Notes under the pieces: model-generated | What the model saw: only the letters and a program-made list of their open reading frames with translations | The model's database searches: none | Told to the model about the DNA's origin: nothing | Made by a program: the position numbers and the translations under genes | Part shown: in pieces, positions 20,657-30,102 of the stretch | Numbering within the stretch: position 1 is the stretch's first letter | Layout of the letters: every line of letters starts with the position of its first letter | Virus record (IMG/VR): IMGVR_UViG_2811995017_000005 | Span: 3,317 to 67,316 of that record | Origin: a virus | Lineage: Duplodnaviria > Caudoviricetes | Direction: 5' to 3' (one strand) | DNA: 64,000 bases

Positions 20657-21000
20657 CGATATTAATTACGTTTTTGATAAACGACTCAAAGCCTCGTAGT
20701 TATTCGCGATTGTCTGCTTTATTAAGGCCCTCCGTAGTTGCTCACGATTCATCCCTTTCGTCCTCCCATCGAATTTACACGAAATTAGCGTTTCTAACCG
20801 TTACCCTACCGAATACCCTCGGCGGAGGCTAAGACGTCTAATTTCGTGTGATTTGCGCGTGAAAATCGTTATGTTAAGCCGCTATAATAACAAGCCTCGT
20901 AATATTCGTCCCAACATCGCTCGCACATATGCCGATCGTTAATATCATCGTAGTCTAATTCGACATCTTTTTCGCAAACATCACATTTCTGAATCATCAG

Positions 21001-21213
21001 CTACACCTCCGCAATGGTGTCGCCGTCTCTTATACCTAAATCGCGATAACCTCGAATAGTATCGTAAAAATCATCATCGTAGTCGCCGCTTAATTGTGTA
21101 TTATGCCAAGGGTGAAACATTTCGTGCCATTCTTCTGCGGCTTCCCTCGTACATTTCTCCCACATAACGCGCTCTTTGCAATCGTGGCAAGCCGAAATAT
21201 AATAGACGCCCAT
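21001..21213 (-). CDS. Small Zn-binding hypothetical protein
   Basis: CHDC...H..FH.WH; strong SD. Confidence 0.6.
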   Translation of the reverse strand: MGVYYISACHDCKERVMWEKCTREAAEEWHEMFHPWHNTQLSGDYDDDFYDTIRGYRDLGIRDGDTIAEV

Positions 21214-21524
21214 CTTTCGTCCTCCTTTTCGTTATTCCTCACGTAACTTGCGCCTGTATTCCGAAATACCATCGTCATCTCCATATCGCGGCTGTCTATC
21301 GTCTGTCCACATCGGTTCGATGCGGCTATAACCGTTTCCTAGATCGATGATTCTCCGATACTCGCGAAGGTCATACGCGCCGGAGGCGATTAGGCGTTGA
21401 TGGAGCGTCGAATTCGCCCAAGGATTCGAGTTATGTTCGACAGTGTTTAGCGTTATTGACATCGGTTGCACCTCCGCAAAGTCAAAGTGAATTTTTGATG
21501 TGCGCGTTTAAGATGCGCCTGGAG

Positions 21525-21730
21525 CCGCGGATTTTGTTTTTCCCTCCCCGGCCCCCTCCTTCGTTGTGTATCCGGTATTCATTCGTTTGTATATCGAGTG
21601 TAACACTATCGGATTCTGTTACACTGGCGTTCATCGCAATCGTTGTCATATCAACGTTCATTCGTTGTTGTATTGCGCTATGTATTTCGTTTTATTTATG
21701 CATCGTATAAACCGCGTCATATCAACGTTC
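21525..21730. other. Candidate cos/pac packaging region
   Basis: Non-coding, downstream of terS; CCCTCCCCGGCCCCCTCC tract and 15-bp direct repeat GTCATATCAACGTTC (21645, 21716). Confidence 0.5.
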
Positions 21731-21901
21731 TTATGTCCGGCAGGATCAGCGCGATATGTATAAGATAGTGCATAAACGGATGGGCTTTCGTCAAAGTGAT
21801 CGGAGGGTCGCGCGCCAGGAGGTTTCAGCTGACAGAATACTATCCGCCGTCACCCCTCGTAAACCCTCCGTATCCTATCCGTTTCCTATATACTGCGCCC
21901 A

Positions 21902-22291
21902 CTATTCGGCATCCTTACGCAACGCCCTCATACGCTCTATCTGCGCCTTCATCTCGTCTATGTCCGTATCGCTGCCGTTCTTATTCTCTACGACAACATT
22001 ATCCGTAAGCATACTATGCGCCTGCAATAACGTCCTGAACATCGCAGCGTTTCCGTCGTTAATGATATGATCCGGTATGGAATCCATTACTTCCGGTAAA
22101 CGATCGAGAGTGTTCCGCATAATCTGGCGCTTTAGTTCGTCATTAAACGAATCATTCTGCCGCCATTCATATAACGTCTGCCTACTTACGCCTACTTCTT
22201 CGGCAATCTGATCGTAAGTCATTCCGCCTCTTTTCGGCTGTGCTAAAATCGTTATGGCAGCGATCTGTTTTTCGCTAAGTTTCCGGGCCAA
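21902..22291 (-). CDS. terS: Terminase small subunit (HTH)
   Basis: LSEKQIAAI...TYDQIAEEVGVSRQTLYEW...F HTH typical of Bacillus TerS. Confidence 0.75.
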   Translation of the reverse strand: MARKLSEKQIAAITILAQPKRGGMTYDQIAEEVGVSRQTLYEWRQNDSFNDELKRQIMRNTLDRLPEVMDSIPDHIINDGNAAMFRTLLQAHSMLTDNVVVENKNGSDTDIDEMKAQIERMRALRKDAE

Positions 22292-22642
22292 TTTTCCGCC
22301 CTCCTTTCCGTTAAGTTTACGTAGCTTTACGTCCTTCTACTACGTAAGACAGCATAACGATATACTTTATAACAATCGATCTATATTAACGCAATATTAA
22401 CGCTATCCTTTCGTATGTTTAAAACCTAGCGTCCACTCCGTCGCTTACGCTCCTCCGTGTCCGCGGATATTATTAAGACCTTTATCGCGATACAATTATT
22501 TATACAATATACATGATTGCGTTTCTGCGGGACGGAGTGAAACGTAGTTCCCGCTAGTCTTCGGATTCAGAAGACTAAGAAGTGATTACGGACTCAAAAT
22601 CGCTGTATCCCTTGCGGCTGTAGGCACGAACCCCATTTTCGG

Positions 22643-22694
22643 TTGTGCGAATAAAGTCGTGTTTTTGGCCGATTTGTGCGAATAAGATCGTGTT
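22643..22694. repeat. 21-bp iteron-like direct repeat, 31-bp period
   Basis: TTGTGCGAATAAAGTCGTGTT / TTGTGCGAATAAGATCGTGTT. Confidence 0.7.
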
Positions 22695-22824
22695 CATTAT
22701 CAATTACGTTATTCTAATTGAGAATAAGGCGATAATCAACCGACCTCTCACCGTTATATCACTCGTATTATTATTCATATAAACGAATAAATATACGACG
22801 TCAACACGAAGAAATAGACGCCAA

Positions 22825-23043
22825 TCATTCGTCAGCGTCTTCGATCTTCACCTCGAATAGCTCCTCGACATTCACTCCGAGAGCTTTCGCGATGGCAAAC
22901 ACGTGCCAATCGAGATGTCTTTCGGCGGAATCAAAGCGTGATATAGTCGGCTGTGGCACACTGGTTCTTCTCGATAGTTCTGATTGCGACCAGTCTTTTT
23001 CGTCTAGGAGCGCTTGCAAACGCGGCTTAACCGTTACCTTCAT
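22825..23043 (-). CDS. XRE-family HTH regulator
   Basis: WSQSELSRRTSVPQPTISRF...IAKALGVNVEELF. Confidence 0.9.
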   Translation of the reverse strand: MKVTVKPRLQALLDEKDWSQSELSRRTSVPQPTISRFDSAERHLDWHVFAIAKALGVNVEELFEVKIEDADE

Positions 23044-23096
23044 TCGATCACCTCCGCACTAATTATACGCCAGAGAATATTTTTTCGCAAATTCGC

Positions 23097-23125
23097 TTGA
23101 CTTTATCTATACGCTGTCGTATAAT
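23097..23125 (+). promoter_or_regulatory. Near-consensus sigma-A promoter
   Basis: TTGACT-17-TATAAT. Confidence 0.8.
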
Positions 23126-23152
23126 AAGAGTATAGAAAGGAGGTGAACGTAA

Positions 23153-23299
23153 TTGATTGACGTAGTGATGAAGCTTTCGGCAATCGTCGCAACTTGGCTC
23201 GGAATTATCAAGCTCGGTCTTGAACTCCGCAAGATGCGAAAAGAAGCCGAAAGTAAAGAGCGACGGCCTCCGACCAAGAAGCACCGTCGCCGCACATAA
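23153..23299 (+). CDS. 48-aa type I toxin-like peptide (YonT-like)
   Basis: SD AAAGGAGGTG; MIDVVMKLSAIVATWLGIIKLGLELRKMRKEAESKERRPPTKKHRRRT. Confidence 0.7.
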   Translation: MIDVVMKLSAIVATWLGIIKLGLELRKMRKEAESKERRPPTKKHRRRT

Positions 23300-23341
23300 C
23301 ACCGAGGGGCGCAAGCCCCTTGTCAATCAATTATAACACGA

Positions 23342-23506
23342 ATGAAACGAATTGATACCACCGAAATTTTGTTAGTTGTCGTCTTGCTCGCTTGGATTGC
23401 GGATATGAACTTCGGCCGGCTGTCCGTTCTGGACTACGTCGGCCTCGGCTCAGCGATCGTTTTCATCGCGCTTCTATTCTTTAGATCGGGGAGGAATCGG
23501 AAATGA
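23342..23506 (+). CDS. 54-aa two-TM membrane protein
   Basis: MKRIDTTEILLVVVLLAWIAD...GSAIVFIALLFFRSGRNRK; stop overlaps next ATG. Confidence 0.6.
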   Translation: MKRIDTTEILLVVVLLAWIADMNFGRLSVLDYVGLGSAIVFIALLFFRSGRNRK

Positions 23507-23703
23507 CACTTTATATAAAACGTTTGGGGTCGGACACACCGCCATTAAGACCGCAGCAGGCCGATCAACTTCTCGATCTATATCAGCGCCCTGTTGCGAC
23601 GTTCAAAGACGCCGGCAGGGCGTATCAGATCGGGTTTAATACGGCGCTGACATGTCTCGGCTATTTAATCGCAACCAAACACGGAGGTAATGACGATGAA
23701 TAA
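23503..23703 (+). CDS. Hypothetical protein
   Basis: SD GGGAGG, ATGA coupling. Confidence 0.55.
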   Translation: MTLYIKRLGSDTPPLRPQQADQLLDLYQRPVATFKDAGRAYQIGFNTALTCLGYLIATKHGGNDDE

Positions 23704-23952
23704 AACGAAGACGTCGATATTGCTTATCGAGTGGCTGACGACATGGCTGCGGAAGCCAAAGACGCCCAAGAAACGGTTGAGCGCGAGTACATTGTCGAAG
23801 GAAAAGATTACGCTGTTTCAGCGGATGACGGCGGCTTTAGTTTCGATCCGGCAGCCACAGACGCAAAGCCAGGCGATCGGATCAGCGTTACTTTTACGAA
23901 GGATCAATACGAAAATGGCAGCGGATTTAAGGCGATTAAGGTTATCGAATAA
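23696..23952 (+). pseudogene. Probable frameshifted/deleted small exported protein
   Basis: SD-led ATG is out of frame with the acidic, protein-like 23731-23952 frame. Confidence 0.4.
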
Positions 23953-24107
23953 CACACGAAATCAGGCGTTAAGCGGCCGCCGATACCTAATATACCCGCA
24001 GCAGCTTCCGGCGGCTCCTACGCTTTAATTTCGTGGGAAAATCGTTGTCTACGGCGTTGAATCCGTCGTGCTAATGTCGTATTCTAATAGTCGGAGGTCG
24101 AGGACGA

Positions 24108-24281
24108 ATGGATTATGAAACAAAAGGCTACGATACGACGATTGTATACGATTATAAGGAGTATCCGGACGTTCATTACGGACGCTGCGATAACTGCGAT
24201 TACACGTTGTTTAAAAGTTCGGTGAAGGACGGGATATTTCTTCGCGAGTGCCGTAGATGCGGAATGAAAAAGAGCATATAA
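24108..24281 (+). CDS. 57-aa zinc-ribbon protein
   Basis: MDYETKGY...RCDNCD...ECRRCGMKKSI; followed by bidirectional hairpin 24291-24320. Confidence 0.7.
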   Translation: MDYETKGYDTTIVYDYKEYPDVHYGRCDNCDYTLFKSSVKDGIFLRECRRCGMKKSI

Positions 24282-24312
24282 AACGAGAAAGGCCCGGCTC
24301 GATTTGAGCGGG

Positions 24313-24636
24313 CTATTTTTCTTCTGCGTTTACAACAGAAATTCCTATTTTCTTGTTTGTTGGATCGTAAATACCTGAAAACTCTTTTTCTTTATCGTTA
24401 TTTATGTAGCCGGATACTTCTACACCGCCCGTTGGATCGATGTTATAGTCTTTAGAAAAATGAACTTCCGACACATTTTTATAGTCTTTTTTCAAATAAC
24501 TTCTCATTTCCTCTTTTGCTTCTTCTACTAATTTTTGTTCGGCTTTATGATTATCGTATTGATGCTTCACGAAAAAACCCCCAACTGCTATAATCATAAC
24601 CAATAGGATAATAATGTATTTTCTCAAACAGATCAT
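24313..24636 (-). CDS. Membrane-anchored DUF1433-like protein, candidate immunity
   Basis: N-terminal TM then YLKKDYKNV...DPTGGVEVSGYINND; likely start TTG 24627. Confidence 0.65.
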   Translation of the reverse strand: MICLRKYIIILLVMIIAVGGFFVKHQYDNHKAEQKLVEEAKEEMRSYLKKDYKNVSEVHFSKDYNIDPTGGVEVSGYINNDKEKEFSGIYDPTNKKIGISVVNAEEK

Positions 24637-24680
24637 CCTTTCTTTCTTTATTTTACATTATATGAAAGGTGAAGTATACG

Positions 24681-26114
24681 TTGACAAAACAAAAAAATGT
24701 AAGAAAACCAAATGTTTCTGATGAAGAGTATTTTAATTTGAGCAGGGCTTCATACCACTATAAGACCCTGAAATTACACATAAAATATAAAAAACCATAT
24801 AAAATCAATAAAACCTCTTATTGGTACATCGAACAAGTTAAACAGGATACAGATACCGGTTTAGATGCATTCGTTTTCTCTCAAGCCGAAAATAAGAATG
24901 GCAAATGGGTTAAATCAAACAACCCGAAAAACGTCGTCGTAGCCTTCGCAGGCACTGATCTCTCAAAAGATCTCGAAGCAGACGGCGCGAAAGCGGACGC
25001 TGAAAATGTCGCCATCGGATTGGACCCTAAAAAAGAGACAGAATACATTGTCGAAAAAGGTGCGAAAGATACGTCAAAAACGCTTGGGGTATATACTCGA
25101 TCAATGGAGCAACTCCAGATGATGGAGTCTGGAAACTATAAAGTGATTACAAAGACGACGCAAATCGACCAAGCCGATCAATTGGTTAGAGAAGTCAAAC
25201 AAAAGTATCAAGGGACATCGACGATTGTTTCAACGACTGGACACTCGCTTGGAGGCGCGGAGGCAGAATACAGCGCAGTCAGCAATAATGTCTATGCAGT
25301 AGCATTCAACAGTCCGTCTATCGTTAAGCTTCATACAGAAGAAAAACAGAAGCAAATCAATAACGGGGAATATAACACTTATGTAAAATCGATCATCAAT
25401 CCGGACGACATGGTTGGTTCCGGCTGGTGGGACGAATTTGATCGCCACAACGGGACAACCATCTACACAAAAGACCCTTCCATCGCAACGTCTAATCGCG
25501 AGAAAAGGCTTGACGGCAATAAGCTCCAACAGGTCGGAAGAAACCTCATGTATTTCGCGAATACGCTGATCTTCCAAAACCCGGATACTCATGGCCTCAA
25601 TAAAGGAAACTTTGTATTCGACGAAGACGGCAACGTTCAAAATGTTGAAGGCGATGAACTCGTCTACGATAAAAATTTAAAAGCAATGCTTCCGGCTGAA
25701 GTCGTTTCCGGGAGCGGCGCGATTAAAGTCACCCCCGAAGTCGCTAAGCAGCTTGCGGAAAAAGTAAATGCGATTATAAACGACCTGCGTACGATGAAAA
25801 GAGAAGCGGAAAACGCCTACCAGGAACATGACGCTGCGATAAGCGATCTGAAATACGATACCTATCGCCAGGTCGGTCACGGCTTATACGATCAGCTTAC
25901 GCTCGGTGATGTAAACAATACGCTGAATGATTTGGCGCAGTCGTTTGATAAAAAAGGGAATCCGCTGTTTTACGATGTCGATGCCGAAGCGGCATATATC
26001 GCTTCATTACAAGACACGATTTCAGATTTAGAAGAAATCAGCGGCTATCTGGCGCAAATCGCAAAGGATTTCAAATCAAAAGACAAGATGCTCGCAAACT
26101 GGTTAAAGTTATAA
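24681..26114 (+). CDS. Lipase (GHSLGG) with C-terminal LXG/WXG-like helical domain; putative T7SS toxin
   Basis: VVAFAGT, TGHSLGG, NPDDMVG, DTHGL; C-term IKVTPE...helical...FKSKD. Confidence 0.75.
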   Translation: MTKQKNVRKPNVSDEEYFNLSRASYHYKTLKLHIKYKKPYKINKTSYWYIEQVKQDTDTGLDAFVFSQAENKNGKWVKSNNPKNVVVAFAGTDLSKDLEADGAKADAENVAIGLDPKKETEYIVEKGAKDTSKTLGVYTRSMEQLQMMESGNYKVITKTTQIDQADQLVREVKQKYQGTSTIVSTTGHSLGGAEAEYSAVSNNVYAVAFNSPSIVKLHTEEKQKQINNGEYNTYVKSIINPDDMVGSGWWDEFDRHNGTTIYTKDPSIATSNREKRLDGNKLQQVGRNLMYFANTLIFQNPDTHGLNKGNFVFDEDGNVQNVEGDELVYDKNLKAMLPAEVVSGSGAIKVTPEVAKQLAEKVNAIINDLRTMKREAENAYQEHDAAISDLKYDTYRQVGHGLYDQLTLGDVNNTLNDLAQSFDKKGNPLFYDVDAEAAYIASLQDTISDLEEISGYLAQIAKDFKSKDKMLANWLKL

Positions 26115-26147
26115 AATTAAAGGCGCCAATAGGCGCCCTCTTTCGTT

Positions 26148-26213
26148 TTATGCTCCGCGCGGAAACCCGTATTTAGGCTTCGGCAACTCTTTCGCTCCTA
26201 CCGTAAATCCCAT
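26148..26213 (-). CDS. 21-aa small ORF
   Basis: SD GGAGGTGA; MGFTVGAKELPKPKYGFPRGA; then hairpin 26120-26140. Confidence 0.4.
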   Translation of the reverse strand: MGFTVGAKELPKPKYGFPRGA

Positions 26214-26237
26214 CCGTATCACCTCCGACATGGTAAA

Positions 26238-27038
26238 TTATACTTTCTTAACGTTAAACATCGCAAGCAGCGTCTTATCCGGCGCCTTGGATTGTCGATA
26301 AAACACGTTAGGATTGAACGTATATCGCTCCGGTTCGCTGCCGACCTTTATTCGCGCGACAACGAATTCCCCGTCGAATTTCATCTGTTTCAACCGTCGG
26401 CCAAGCGTATCCGGCGTTACTCCGATCGCCGCCGCTAGCTCCTTCTTATTGAACCATCGGATATACTTCGGATTCTTTTCGAAAGGATTGGCGCATAGAG
26501 CGTTTGTTTCGTAGTGGACGAACGGCAACATCCGGTAGATCAGTCCGATGTCTGTCGCTTTCACTTCGCTGTATACCTTCTTAATCTTCGCGGTATACAA
26601 TTTGACAACGTACTGGCTACCGAAGTTACCTTTGAAGTGGTAGCGCTCGTTCACCGCGTATATGCCGTTTTCTTCCCGGATAATATCGTGCGCAGTACAG
26701 GCACTGAGGAAGTCGTAGAACGTTCGCGGCTTTTTCGCAAGTTGTAGAACGGCCATCATATCCGCTGTGGTCATCGGAGTTTTATCGCGGCTGGATCTAA
26801 CGAGAACACCGTTATAGTCAACGTAGCATTGCAGCAGCATCAGATAACCGCATTGTGCCGTTGTGAGAGCGTCATAGACTTCGTGAATATTAGACATATT
26901 GGCGTTGGAAAAGTCGCGCCTGTCCGTCGTCTGTTTTTGTTGCTCCCGGAAGGCTTCGTCCTGATTCCGGTGTCTAAGCGTATAGTCTGTCGATAGATCT
27001 TCTCCTGTTTCTGCGTTTACTACCCGTAATCTCTTCAA
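26238..27038 (-). CDS. RepL-like/winged-helix DNA-binding protein
   Basis: VVNAETGE N-term, NKKELAAAIGVTPDTLGRRL HTH, YTFNPNVFY. Confidence 0.6.
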   Translation of the reverse strand: MKRLRVVNAETGEDLSTDYTLRHRNQDEAFREQQKQTTDRRDFSNANMSNIHEVYDALTTAQCGYLMLLQCYVDYNGVLVRSSRDKTPMTTADMMAVLQLAKKPRTFYDFLSACTAHDIIREENGIYAVNERYHFKGNFGSQYVVKLYTAKIKKVYSEVKATDIGLIYRMLPFVHYETNALCANPFEKNPKYIRWFNKKELAAAIGVTPDTLGRRLKQMKFDGEFVVARIKVGSEPERYTFNPNVFYRQSKAPDKTLLAMFNVKKV

Positions 27039-27169
27039 AATATCGTCTCCTTTTTCGCAAAATAAAAGAGCGCGGATGTGGCGCCCTCATAACGTATAGA
27101 CAGCTAAACGGGTAAAAGTATCGGGGTTGGTGAGAAATTTTTTGGATATTGAACTTTCAGGGTGAAACT

Positions 27170-27964
27170 TTATTCATATTTAGATAAATCGTCTTCAACT
27201 TGTATCTGGTCGAGACGCTTATTAATTATTTCTATATACTCTTTTTCGGTCTCGAATCCAATCCACTTGCGATTATTTAATTCACAAGCTACTGCTGTTG
27301 TTCCGCTGCCTAAACAGTTATCAAGTACCGTATCACCTTCGTTGGTGTAAGTCTTGATAAGGTATTCAAATAATTCAACTGGTTTCTGTGTCGGATGCAA
27401 ACCTGTATCATTTTTAAACTCCAAAAGGCTGTTCGGATAACCTGTTTTTGTTTGTCTGTATGAGTCTTTCAATCCTGGTCTATCACCGCCATAATTAGCT
27501 CTCATTGTTTTGTTGTTTTTTACTGTTTTATCTATTTCCAATAGACCTTGTGGAAAGTACCTCATTTTGTTTTTGGAATTTGTAGGAATTCCGCCTTTAC
27601 TGAAAACTAAAACATTTTCGTGCTTCTTCATCGGTTTGTTTTTTGCGTCAAACGCCCCCCCAACTATACTTTTAATCCATATCCACTCATATTTAAAAAG
27701 TTCTATTTTGCTATTAACCAACTGACTTGTAAAAGGTTGAGAAGCTGTTAAGACTATTGCTCCGTTGTCTTTTATGATGCGTTCGTATTGCTCCCAAAGC
27801 GGTTCAAAGGGGATTATAGTATCCCACTTACAAGCGGTCGTTCCATATGGTAAATCACACAAAATCATATCCACGCTCCCGGCGGGAATTAATTTCATAC
27901 CCTCTAGACAATCCATTTGATATGCTCTATTTAACTCTAAACTTCCCAATAACTCTTTCCCCAC
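27170..27964 (-). CDS. Orphan N4/N6 DNA methyltransferase (beta class)
   Basis: DLPY motif IV precedes HPTQKP and DNCLGSGTT motif I; lower GC. Confidence 0.9.
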   Translation of the reverse strand: MGKELLGSLELNRAYQMDCLEGMKLIPAGSVDMILCDLPYGTTACKWDTIIPFEPLWEQYERIIKDNGAIVLTASQPFTSQLVNSKIELFKYEWIWIKSIVGGAFDAKNKPMKKHENVLVFSKGGIPTNSKNKMRYFPQGLLEIDKTVKNNKTMRANYGGDRPGLKDSYRQTKTGYPNSLLEFKNDTGLHPTQKPVELFEYLIKTYTNEGDTVLDNCLGSGTTAVACELNNRKWIGFETEKEYIEIINKRLDQIQVEDDLSKYE

Positions 27965-28161
27965 TTAATCACTCCTGTAATTGTTTAATTTACTTTTTAA
28001 GACTACTTTCACGATTTTCATAATGGTATTTATAACATTCCATCATATCTTCAAACACCGTATATTCATCCGTGCATTCTGAACAAATACATAGGTCAAA
28101 ACTACTATCATTATAATCTCCTATACTAACTCTCCTTCACCCTCATAGTTCAAGAAACTAC

Positions 28162-28668
28162 TTATCTATTAATAGGTGCATACCCAATTTTTTCGCCTGT
28201 TGTGATATTGACAGTAAATTGTCCCGGTGTTTTCCCTTTCACGAAATCCAAATATTTTTTCCGTCTCTCTTTATTACGAGCTTTAGCGCATCGATCCATC
28301 TGAATCCCTTCGTAAGTTGAAAGGCGTCTCCGAGCCGGTTTCCCTTGATTTTTGCCAAACTCATCGTACTCTTCAGCCATCTTCTCGGAAGTTTCTCCAG
28401 ATCTGCGCGTTTTCTCCATACGCTCACTCATGATCGGATACTCATCGTTCTTCATTTTGTTTTTATTTGTGTCCGATAGTTCCTCGTATATAATAAGATT
28501 CGCCATACGTTCAAGCGCGATGGAGTCCGGATGCTCTCCGACGGCATCAAAGTAAGCGTCGGCCAACGCAGTAATTTCCTCGATACGTTCAATGCGATCC
28601 AATTCTCCGGCTTTTGTTCGTTGCTGTAATTCCGTAATCATTTCGTGCAGTAGCGTTTTATCCATCAA
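28162..28668 (-). CDS. Conserved phage protein coupled to sigma-r4 gene
   Basis: Overlaps stop of upstream gene; LERMANLIIYEELSD...EYPIMS. Confidence 0.6.
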   Translation of the reverse strand: MMDKTLLHEMITELQQRTKAGELDRIERIEEITALADAYFDAVGEHPDSIALERMANLIIYEELSDTNKNKMKNDEYPIMSERMEKTRRSGETSEKMAEEYDEFGKNQGKPARRRLSTYEGIQMDRCAKARNKERRKKYLDFVKGKTPGQFTVNITTGEKIGYAPINR

Positions 28669-29048
28669 TTTCGTCCTCCCATCGAGTACCCTTCGTTATG
28701 TCCCGCCCAATAGTAGTAAATATCCGCGATCTTATCTGCTGCAAAATCGATATAACGTCCGACAGCAGCCTGCGTTATCCCCATCCTCTTCCCCGCCTCC
28801 ACTTGCGTCAGGTCTTCGAAATATACGAGCCGGATGGCCTCACGCTGCCTGTCGGTCAGATTCGCAAGCTCAATCGCGTTGTGCAGATCGAGCAGAACTT
28901 CGGCAGCTTCGTATTCTCCGAGTCGTTTGCGGCTGACGAACTTCGGATAATCGGAGAGCAGCGTTTTGACACCCTCCGCATTGTCCAACGCATATGTCGT
29001 TTCAAATTCGCGATCCTTTCGGTGTAGATCGATTTTGACTGTTCCGAT
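28665..29048 (-). CDS. Sigma-70 region-4 HTH protein (late transcription regulator), probable ATC start
   Basis: LTDRQREAIRLVYFEDLTQVEAGKRMGITQAAV; SD AAAGGAGG-8nt-ATC 29048. Confidence 0.8.
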   Translation of the reverse strand: MGTVKIDLHRKDREFETTYALDNAEGVKTLLSDYPKFVSRKRLGEYEAAEVLLDLHNAIELANLTDRQREAIRLVYFEDLTQVEAGKRMGITQAAVGRYIDFAADKIADIYYYWAGHNEGYSMGGRN

Positions 29049-29163
29049 AACAACCGCCTCCTTTTTTCGTTAATAACTTCGTTAACTTTCCGCGCAACTC
29101 TGTTGACTATCGGTAACTAATCCGGCTATACTGAACGTAAATACTTTCGTAAGGAGATTCGAT

Positions 29164-29553
29164 ATGGCAATCGAATGGATTTCAAGCGAGATACCTCGCG
29201 ATCTTAAAGCGTTTATTACAGTTGATAATTACGGAAGGTTCTGTATGTCGATGGGTGCGCGCCGCGCTTTAAAGCTTCCGGAAAAAACGGGGTTCCAACT
29301 ATTCCTTGCATATGATAAAGACGAGCGAAGGATAATCGTAGGAAAGCCCGGGCATGTTTCGATAAAAGGCGATGTGAGGCCATTTAAATTTGATCCGCGT
29401 GGTTACTCATCCGCACGTCCATATATCCGCAAACAGAATTTATACGGCCCAGATCTTCCACAGCGATTCTACCTAATCGGCGATGGTGAAGCGTCCAAGC
29501 AACCGTACCTGGCCTATCCGAAAGGCACGTATGCGTTTCAATTAGACGAGTAG
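29164..29553 (+). CDS. AbrB/MraZ-like hypothetical protein
   Basis: FITVDNYGRF...RRALKL swapped-hairpin-like motif; SD AAGGAG. Confidence 0.5.
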   Translation: MAIEWISSEIPRDLKAFITVDNYGRFCMSMGARRALKLPEKTGFQLFLAYDKDERRIIVGKPGHVSIKGDVRPFKFDPRGYSSARPYIRKQNLYGPDLPQRFYLIGDGEASKQPYLAYPKGTYAFQLDE

Positions 29554-30102
29554 TTTCGCCATAATCGCGTCCAGCTTCTCGTACAACTCTTCCGGCTTGC
29601 CTGCGTTCTCGATTTCGTAATCAACTTCGAAACTGTTAACGGCAAGCTCAGTCGGATGCCCCAAGTCGGCAAGATCGAATTGATCGCCGGCTTTTTTTGC
29701 GCGTTCAATACGGAGATCAACCGGTGCTGTTATGCGGATAAATACGAAACCTTCGTCCTTCAGACGCTGATATTCGTTAGGCTGCCGGCAGTCATCGATG
29801 ATCACGCGATTCTTTAGCGCCGTATTGCCGCAGTCGCAAGGATGGCGGTCGAGATAGGCGGCCACTTTCGGCATGAGAGCGTCGATCCATACGTCCTCTC
29901 CGAAAGCTTCTCGCGCCCACTGACCGAACTTTTGATAATGCGCGCGTGGTTTCGGCGTTCGCGGAACGTTAGGGAATGCGCGGTGAAATGCGTCCTTTAG
30001 TTCGTCGCCGAATGCGAACGGCTGGAAATCGTAGTGAAGCGAAATGTACGATGCGGCCAGCGACTTGCCTGCGCGAAGTGGCGCGGTGAGGGCGATTTTC
30101 AT
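29542..30102 (-). CDS. Deoxynucleoside monophosphate kinase
   Basis: APLRAGKS P-loop, FAFGDELK, IIDDCRQPNE. Confidence 0.8.
   Translation of the reverse strand: MKIALTAPLRAGKSLAASYISLHYDFQPFAFGDELKDAFHRAFPNVPRTPKPRAHYQKFGQWAREAFGEDVWIDALMPKVAAYLDRHPCDCGNTALKNRVIIDDCRQPNEYQRLKDEGFVFIRITAPVDLRIERAKKAGDQFDLADLGHPTELAVNSFEVDYEIENAGKPEELYEKLDAIMAKLLV

Noticed and set aside
27170-27964. MTase as part of a restriction-modification system
   Set aside because: No adjacent endonuclease; orphan phage MTases are common
27990-28124. Possible ATA-start Cys-rich ORF as another non-canonical start
   Set aside because: A competing SD+ATG frame exists and the ORF is too short to decide
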